Shown here: positions 58,515-64,000 of the stretch, one piece after another
Layout of the letters: each line of letters opens with the position of its first letter
How positions within the stretch are numbered: position 1 is the stretch's first letter
Origin: Gammaproteobacteria bacterium
Lineage (GTDB): Bacteria; Pseudomonadota; Gammaproteobacteria; Ga0077536
Direction of reading: 5' to 3'
DNA: 64,000 nucleotides
Assembly (NCBI GenBank): GCA_047611905.1
Contig: JBLFWZ010000002.1
Location: 802-64,801 of the forward strand
Position numbers and translations under genes: made by a program
The notes under the pieces: generated by a model
Database searches by the model: none
Seen by the model: only the letters and a program-made list of their open reading frames with translations
Told to the model about the DNA's origin: nothing

Positions 58515-60776
58515 ATGGTGAGAATGGAAATGTCAGCATTGATATCCAAGATAAAAGATAACAACGTCCGAATCGGACTGTGCTTCATCGTCTTGTTGTT
58601 TTATTTGTCTCATGCGGCCGATTGGTTACGAATCGGGTTTATTTCCCAGATGGAAAATATCGCCTACGACAAGCGTTTGTTGTGGACGATGCCTGAGACC
58701 GTAGATAAGCGGATAGTCATTGTCGACATCGATGAAGCGAGTTTGACCGCCGAGGGGCGATGGCCGTGGGGCAGGGACAAGTTGTCGAACCTTGTCGAAA
58801 TGCTATTCGATGAGTACGAGATCGCCATCGTCGGTTTTGATATCGTCTTTGCGGAGCCGGATGAAAGCTCTGGGCTAAACGTATTAGAACGACTGGCCGA
58901 CGAAGAATTAAAGAATAACAAAATGTTTCGAGCGCAGCTTCAAGTTCTACGCCCGCAGCTCGATTACGACGGTCGATTCGCCGAAACTATTCAGCAATAC
59001 CCAGTCGTACTGGGTTACTACTTCAATTTTGTTGCTGGCAGGGTGGAGGCGTCTAAGATTGGTAGCTTGCCAAGCCCAACATTTGTCAAAGGGACCTTTA
59101 AGGGCAAGCGGATTGCCTTCCACGAGGCCGATGGACACGGCAGCAACATTCAGCAGTTAGAATCTAGCGCACTTGGATCGGGGCATTTCAATCCGATTCC
59201 AGACCCAGACGGTATAATTCGCAGGGTTCCGATGTTGATCGAGTACGAAGGCGAGTACTACTCCTCGTTATCAATGGAAGTTGCCCGACATTTGCTCGGC
59301 TCAGAAGACGTTAAGCCGCGCTTTGAGAAACCATTGTTCGGCGGTAAAGCCTACGCTGGACTAGAGTGGCTAACGATAGGGGATAAATTGATCCCCGTCG
59401 ACGGGCGCCTGCAGACCTTAGTTCCCTACCGAGGCGCGCAAGGCAGCTTTCCCTACGTCTCAGCAACTGACGTCCTACACGGCGACGCAGACAAGTCCGT
59501 TCTCAAAGGTGCGACGGTACTGGTCGGAACAACAGCTCCTGGACTTCTGGATCTACGATCGACGCCGGTCGCCGAAGCGTATCCGGGAGTCGAAGTTCAC
59601 GCCAATTTAATTGGTGGCATACTCGATGGCACGATCAAGCAGCTTCCAGAGTATACGCTCGGTGCGGAGGTTTTGCTCCTTATCGTGTTCGGCTTAGTGA
59701 TGGCGATCATCGTGCCACTTTTGAGCCCGCTCGCTGCGACGATCGCCACCATAGGCTTATTAGTCGTGTATTTCGGATTTAATTTCCTGGTTTGGACGGC
59801 CGGAAACTTTGTGCTTCCGATAGCGTCCGGCGTCATGATGCTGCTCTCGATGTTCGTTTTGAATATGTCTTACGGTTATTTCGTCGAAACGCGGGGAAAG
59901 CGACAGATCACCGGGCTGTTTGGTCAGTATATTCCGCCCGAATTGGTCGATGAGATGGCCGATCAACCGTCAGACTACTCGCTCGATGCCAAGAGCATGG
60001 AGCTTACGGTATTGTTTTCCGATGTTCGGGGGTTTACGACGATCTCGGAGGGCTTGAGTCCAACTGAATTAGCTGAACTCATGAATCTGTTTCTCACGCC
60101 AATGACGCGCGTTATTCACGAGCAACGCGGCACGATCGACAAATACATGGGTGATGCCATTATGTCGTTCTGGGGTGCGCCGATTGACGATCGTGACCAT
60201 GCGAAGCACGCACTCGATGCGGGTATGCAAATGTTGCAACGCTTGGACGAAGTTAATGCCCAATTTGTAAGTCGCGGTTGGCCTGAGATCCAGATCGGGA
60301 TCGGAATTAACACCGGCATGATGAGTGTTGGCAACATGGGGTCCGAATTCCGGATGGCCTATACGGTTTTGGGAGACGCAGTAAATCTTGGTTCAAGGCT
60401 TGAAGGATTGACTAAAGGTTATAACGTTTCGCTGATTGTTAGCGAAAGCACGAAATCAGCTGTGCCAGAATATGCCTATCGAGAGTTGGATCGCGTTAGG
60501 GTCAAAGGAAAAGATAAGCCTGTTGTTATCTACCAGCCGCTTTGCTTAGTAGAAGATTTGGATAAGGAATGGAAGGCGGAACTTAAACTTTACCGTGAAG
60601 CGTTACGTCTATATCGCAGTCAGGAGTGGGATATGGCTGAGATGAATCTACTGAATTTGCAGCGTACTTCCCGCTCACCGGGCTTGTATAAAGTCTATGT
60701 AGAGCGAGTTGCTCAGTATCGAGAGAACTCACCGCCCCAAGACTGGGACGGTGTATATACTTTCACATCGAAGTAG
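58515..60776 (+). CDS. CHASE2-domain class III adenylate/guanylate cyclase
   Basis: 753 aa. N-terminal TM helix, a periplasmic CHASE2-like region (IVIVDIDE.SL...GRWPW.R) and 3 TM helices. Cyclase motifs follow (LTVLFSDVRGFT, KYMGDAIMSFWGAP, GINTG...VGNMGS, YTVLGDAVNLGSRLE). Confidence 0.9.
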   Translation: MVRMEMSALISKIKDNNVRIGLCFIVLLFYLSHAADWLRIGFISQMENIAYDKRLLWTMPETVDKRIVIVDIDEASLTAEGRWPWGRDKLSNLVEMLFDEYEIAIVGFDIVFAEPDESSGLNVLERLADEELKNNKMFRAQLQVLRPQLDYDGRFAETIQQYPVVLGYYFNFVAGRVEASKIGSLPSPTFVKGTFKGKRIAFHEADGHGSNIQQLESSALGSGHFNPIPDPDGIIRRVPMLIEYEGEYYSSLSMEVARHLLGSEDVKPRFEKPLFGGKAYAGLEWLTIGDKLIPVDGRLQTLVPYRGAQGSFPYVSATDVLHGDADKSVLKGATVLVGTTAPGLLDLRSTPVAEAYPGVEVHANLIGGILDGTIKQLPEYTLGAEVLLLIVFGLVMAIIVPLLSPLAATIATIGLLVVYFGFNFLVWTAGNFVLPIASGVMMLLSMFVLNMSYGYFVETRGKRQITGLFGQYIPPELVDEMADQPSDYSLDAKSMELTVLFSDVRGFTTISEGLSPTELAELMNLFLTPMTRVIHEQRGTIDKYMGDAIMSFWGAPIDDRDHAKHALDAGMQMLQRLDEVNAQFVSRGWPEIQIGIGINTGMMSVGNMGSEFRMAYTVLGDAVNLGSRLEGLTKGYNVSLIVSESTKSAVPEYAYRELDRVRVKGKDKPVVIYQPLCLVEDLDKEWKAELKLYREALRLYRSQEWDMAEMNLLNLQRTSRSPGLYKVYVERVAQYRENSPPQDWDGVYTFTSK

Positions 60777-60845
60777 ATGCTTCTGGTCGCGTTCCTGGAA
60801 CGGATGAGCTTCCGCGCAGGCGCGAGCCTTCACTCTTCTAGCAAC

Positions 60846-61583
60846 CTAGGCCGTGATGCTGAATTCCATCTTAATGCCAGCCAGTTCGATGATGTCTCCG
60901 TGGTTCATCGTATAAGCTTGCGGCCCCAGTGCTACGCCATTTACAATTGGGTAGTTGTTGTTCTGCCCATCGCCCTCGATATGCGTTAAGAAGTAGCCTT
61001 GGGGTCTGCGCGATATAACGGCGACTTGGACGCCCGGCTTACCCAATGTAATTAACGCCTTCGTCAGTTCCAATTCCTTGCCCGCAATCGGACCGTTAAG
61101 TACTTGTAACTTGCCGAGCGGCATGCCCGACGGTGCAGGGCTGTTTGGAGTAGCTGCTGCAGGCGTCGCTGCAGGTGCTCCCTCGATCTTTGCTGCACCG
61201 GCTTCTTCGGCGGCTCTCGCGGCCGCTACCGCTGCACTTGCCGAACCCGGACGAATAATCATCGTCTTCTCGAAGTCCTCGTCGTCGGCCGTCGCATGCT
61301 CGTTGACATATTTAAGCTCATGCTTGCCAATGCCAACGACGTCACCGTCTCGCAGTGCGTGCTTTTTAATGAGTTTCCCGTTCACGTAAGTACCGTTAGT
61401 ACTACCGAGATCCTCTAAAAATGAGTCGTCCAGGATTGTAATAACGAGCGCATGCTTACCACTAACCGCTAGGTTGTCGACTTGTATGTCGTTGTCGGGT
61501 TTTCGACCGAGTGATATCCGTTCTCTATTGAGCGGATATTCCCCTTGTACTACCCCATTTAAGCTGAGAACAAGTTTAGCCAT
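60846..61583 (-). CDS. double FHA-domain protein
   Basis: N-terminal FHA (ISLGRKPDNDIQV.N..VSGKHA......GSTNGTYVNG) and an Ala/Pro-rich linker. The second, divergent FHA-like domain is ITLGKPG.....NGV.L. Confidence 0.88.
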   Translation of the reverse strand: MAKLVLSLNGVVQGEYPLNRERISLGRKPDNDIQVDNLAVSGKHALVITILDDSFLEDLGSTNGTYVNGKLIKKHALRDGDVVGIGKHELKYVNEHATADDEDFEKTMIIRPGSASAAVAAARAAEEAGAAKIEGAPAATPAAATPNSPAPSGMPLGKLQVLNGPIAGKELELTKALITLGKPGVQVAVISRRPQGYFLTHIEGDGQNNNYPIVNGVALGPQAYTMNHGDIIELAGIKMEFSITA

Positions 61584-61597
61584 TGTTTCGCCTTATC

Positions 61598-62440
61598 CTA
61601 GCCGCCTCGCGTCATTAAATTGATAAATTTGGAAATGATCCCAGCATTTGCAGGGAACGGTGCCCGTGGTCTTGCGAGGACTACCGATATGTTGTCTTTC
61701 CCGCCACTTTCGTTCGCTAAACGCACCAACTCGTGCGCTGCCTCTACAAGATTAGCACTATATTTACTTAGGGTTAAGCGAATTTCTTCATCATCTACCA
61801 TATCATTCAAGCCGTCCGAACATAGCAAGTAAATATCGCCCGGTTGGGTCGCTTCCTGCTTCACATCTACCTCAACTTTGGCGTCAATTCCGAGAGCCCG
61901 TGTCACCAGATTCTTCGGTGTATTTGCCTCGGCTTCTTCCGGGGTAAAAAACCCCCGATCAATCAATTCCTGCACCAGCGAATGATCATTTGTGACTTGC
62001 GCGAGTTCGTCGCCTCGAAAGCGATAAACTCTGGAGTCGCCGACATGTGCAATGATAGCTGTGTTGTCGTGAAAATAAACTGCAACAACGGTCGTCCCCA
62101 TGCCTTGGCATTGCGGTACTTTTGTCGCTGTTCTAAAGATGTGCGTATTCGCGTCAACAATCGAGTCCCTTACCAGTAACGCCTCAGCGGATAAGCCTGC
62201 GTCACCTTCGACGTCTTCACTGGGGCGATTTTGAGGTACGGAAACGTTACCACGCACGATATCCAGAATTGCCTTTGCCGCGATTGCACTCGCGACTTCA
62301 CCAGCCTTGTAGCCGCCCATGCCATCGGCGACCAGCGCCAGGCCTATCTCGGGGTCGGTTATGGCCGAATCTTCGTTATGTGGCCGCTTGCGCCCCGTGT
62401 CGGAGACGTTGACAAACTCAATTTTAGTCGATAGATCCAT
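61598..62440 (-). CDS. PP2C-family Ser/Thr phosphatase (Stp-type)
   Basis: DTGRKRPHNEDS, VADGMGG, HVGDSRVY, CSDGL and GGKDNISVV. Confidence 0.92.
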   Translation of the reverse strand: MDLSTKIEFVNVSDTGRKRPHNEDSAITDPEIGLALVADGMGGYKAGEVASAIAAKAILDIVRGNVSVPQNRPSEDVEGDAGLSAEALLVRDSIVDANTHIFRTATKVPQCQGMGTTVVAVYFHDNTAIIAHVGDSRVYRFRGDELAQVTNDHSLVQELIDRGFFTPEEAEANTPKNLVTRALGIDAKVEVDVKQEATQPGDIYLLCSDGLNDMVDDEEIRLTLSKYSANLVEAAHELVRLANESGGKDNISVVLARPRAPFPANAGIISKFINLMTRGG

Positions 62441-62596
62441 TAACGCTCGTCGGCATTACACGCGGGTGAGGCGTACGAGCGGGCGTACTTTGTACGACCG
62501 TCGGCGCACCGGTGCCGGACGTTTGAGCGCGATACGTAATTCGATCGAGCCCCCGATCCGAAGCAGTGATGTCCTTGGTCGCGCACTGTCAATTCT

Positions 62597-64000
62597 CTAA
62601 GACTTAACGACTTGCTTGGCGCAGGCTTGGATGTCTTTTGCCATCTCAGCCCCGGTCTGGTAGCGCTTGGCGACATCTTTTTGTAAAGCTTTATCGATGA
62701 TCGCAGCGATGCACGGTTTTTGTTGGGCTAAATCTGGTCTCACTTCGAAAATATCCTGATGCGGTTCATTTGCGATTTTGTACATTAGGGTCGCCATCGA
62801 ATCGCCTCTGAACGGTAGATTCCCAGACGTCATCTGATACAACATGGCGCCGAGTGAAAATAGATCGGAACGACCATCGACTTTTTTACCAGAGAGTTGT
62901 TCGGGGGACATATACGAGGGCGTGCCGAGTACCATACCGGTTTTAGTTCGACTCGAATCCGTAATTCTAGCGATACCAAAGTCAGTAATCTTCACCTGTT
63001 TTTTGTTCGGTTCGTACATGATGTTCGCGGGTTTGATATCGCGATGAACCACATTTGCTTTGTGGGCGAAATCGAGCGCTACCGCTGATTTAAAGACGAT
63101 TCCCATCACTATCGGCAATGGCAACAGCGTGTCCGCCTTGGTATAGCGAGCTAGATCGTGGCCTTCGAGAAATTCCATGGCGATGTAAGCAAGATCATGT
63201 TCCTCACCGGCGTCATAAATAGTAACAATGTTTGGATGCTGAAGGCGCCCCGCAGTCTCTGCCTCGCGAAAGAAGCGTGCCTTAACGTCCTCTAATTCGT
63301 CGGCCTCGAATTCTTGAGCTAGTGCCATTGTTTTGATGGCCACCACTCTGTTGATCTTCGGATCTTTTCCGAGGTAGACGACACCCATGGCACCTTTGCC
63401 AAGTTCTCTTTCTACTTCGTAGCGCCCTAGCATGGGTTTCGAAATGGAACCGTCGAGCAACATGGTTCCGGCGGCTGAACCACCACCGCCGCCGCCGAGA
63501 AGTACGGTTTCTTCTAATTGCTTGGCGCGATTAACCTTAACTTTAATGTCTTTGAAATTAGGGTTCTTCTCGGCAATGTATTCGTAAACGGAAGCGGCTT
63601 TGTTGAATTTGCGTTTCGTCTCGAAATCGATGGCCAGCGCGTAGATTGCTTCCAATGTCGATTCTTCTGGCGGACAGCGGCGGAAATAGTCGAAAGCCAT
63701 GTCCAATTCGCCTTTTTGCTGGTGTTGCAAGGCTAGCTGCTTGTTGTTCATTGCGGAATCGACGTCCAAGCGCAGCTTGCTGGCTTCGGTGACAAGATAG
63801 CGCTTTGTCGTGAGCAATATATGTCCGACCACGAGCAGGGCCACAGCGGTCATTAATTGCAGCCACATACTTTGTGAAACAATCAGGCTCAATTCGGCGA
63901 CAACCAGCGTGACCAGTAGGCCGGAGGTGATGATTGCACCCGCTCCGGCTTTAAGTTTCGGCAATAAGAAAACCAAATAGGCCGCGATCAGTAAAATCGC
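62597..64000 (-). CDS. membrane-anchored Hanks-type Ser/Thr protein kinase, 5' end outside the window (probably CHASE2-anchored)
   Basis: LGKGAMGVVY..VAIK, HRDIKPANI, DFGIA and GTPSYMSPE. The reading frame stays open upstream of the TTG at 63976 to the window edge (..AILLIAAYLVFLLPKL..). Three TM helices precede the kinase, as at the end of a CHASE2 module. Confidence 0.88.
   Translation of the reverse strand, partial: AILLIAAYLVFLLPKLKAGAGAIITSGLLVTLVVAELSLIVSQSMWLQLMTAVALLVVGHILLTTKRYLVTEASKLRLDVDSAMNNKQLALQHQQKGELDMAFDYFRRCPPEESTLEAIYALAIDFETKRKFNKAASVYEYIAEKNPNFKDIKVKVNRAKQLEETVLLGGGGGGSAAGTMLLDGSISKPMLGRYEVERELGKGAMGVVYLGKDPKINRVVAIKTMALAQEFEADELEDVKARFFREAETAGRLQHPNIVTIYDAGEEHDLAYIAMEFLEGHDLARYTKADTLLPLPIVMGIVFKSAVALDFAHKANVVHRDIKPANIMYEPNKKQVKITDFGIARITDSSRTKTGMVLGTPSYMSPEQLSGKKVDGRSDLFSLGAMLYQMTSGNLPFRGDSMATLMYKIANEPHQDIFEVRPDLAQQKPCIAAIIDKALQKDVAKRYQTGAEMAKDIQACAKQVVKS

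Overview
This 64 kb window looks like chromosomal DNA from a marine-type gammaproteobacterium. That assignment rests on a PomAB sodium-type stator, metG-rnfABCDGE-nth synteny and the lptD-surA-pdxA-rsmA and apaG-apaH-folA blocks. About 60 protein genes are supported, and most are housekeeping. I found no rRNA, tRNA, CRISPR array, IS element or integrase. Four parts are not ordinary.

- **52.4-58.3 kb (strongest candidate for an undescribed system):** a partner-switching set (GAF-PP2C phosphatase, RsbW-like kinase, phosphorylatable STAS protein) sits directly upstream of an MCE/Mla-type lipid ABC transporter. The STAS protein is translationally coupled to the transporter permease, and no sigma factor is present.
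- **58.5-64.0 kb:** a CHASE2 class-III nucleotide cyclase converges on an FHA / PP2C / Ser-Thr kinase operon. The kinase runs off the window edge and appears to be CHASE2-anchored as well.
- **3.3-9.5 kb:** a compact synthase-dependent exopolysaccharide module (YaiO-type barrel, small membrane protein, processive GT2, membrane-anchored beta-helix protein). It is followed by a repeat-rich surface protein with a PEP-CTERM-like tail and no exosortase in view.
- **40.3-42.7 kb:** pomAB followed by a PilZ protein whose two c-di-GMP motifs are separated by about 97 residues.

Smaller items:
- a 690 bp non-coding gap holding a DnaA-box cluster, located where rsmA-apaG synteny is broken
- a GIY-YIG-like / PLA2-like gene pair
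- a cNMP-binding / rhodanese fusion
- tandem glnK-amt units with twin sigma-54 promoters

All functional calls come from motif recognition by eye. No database search was run.
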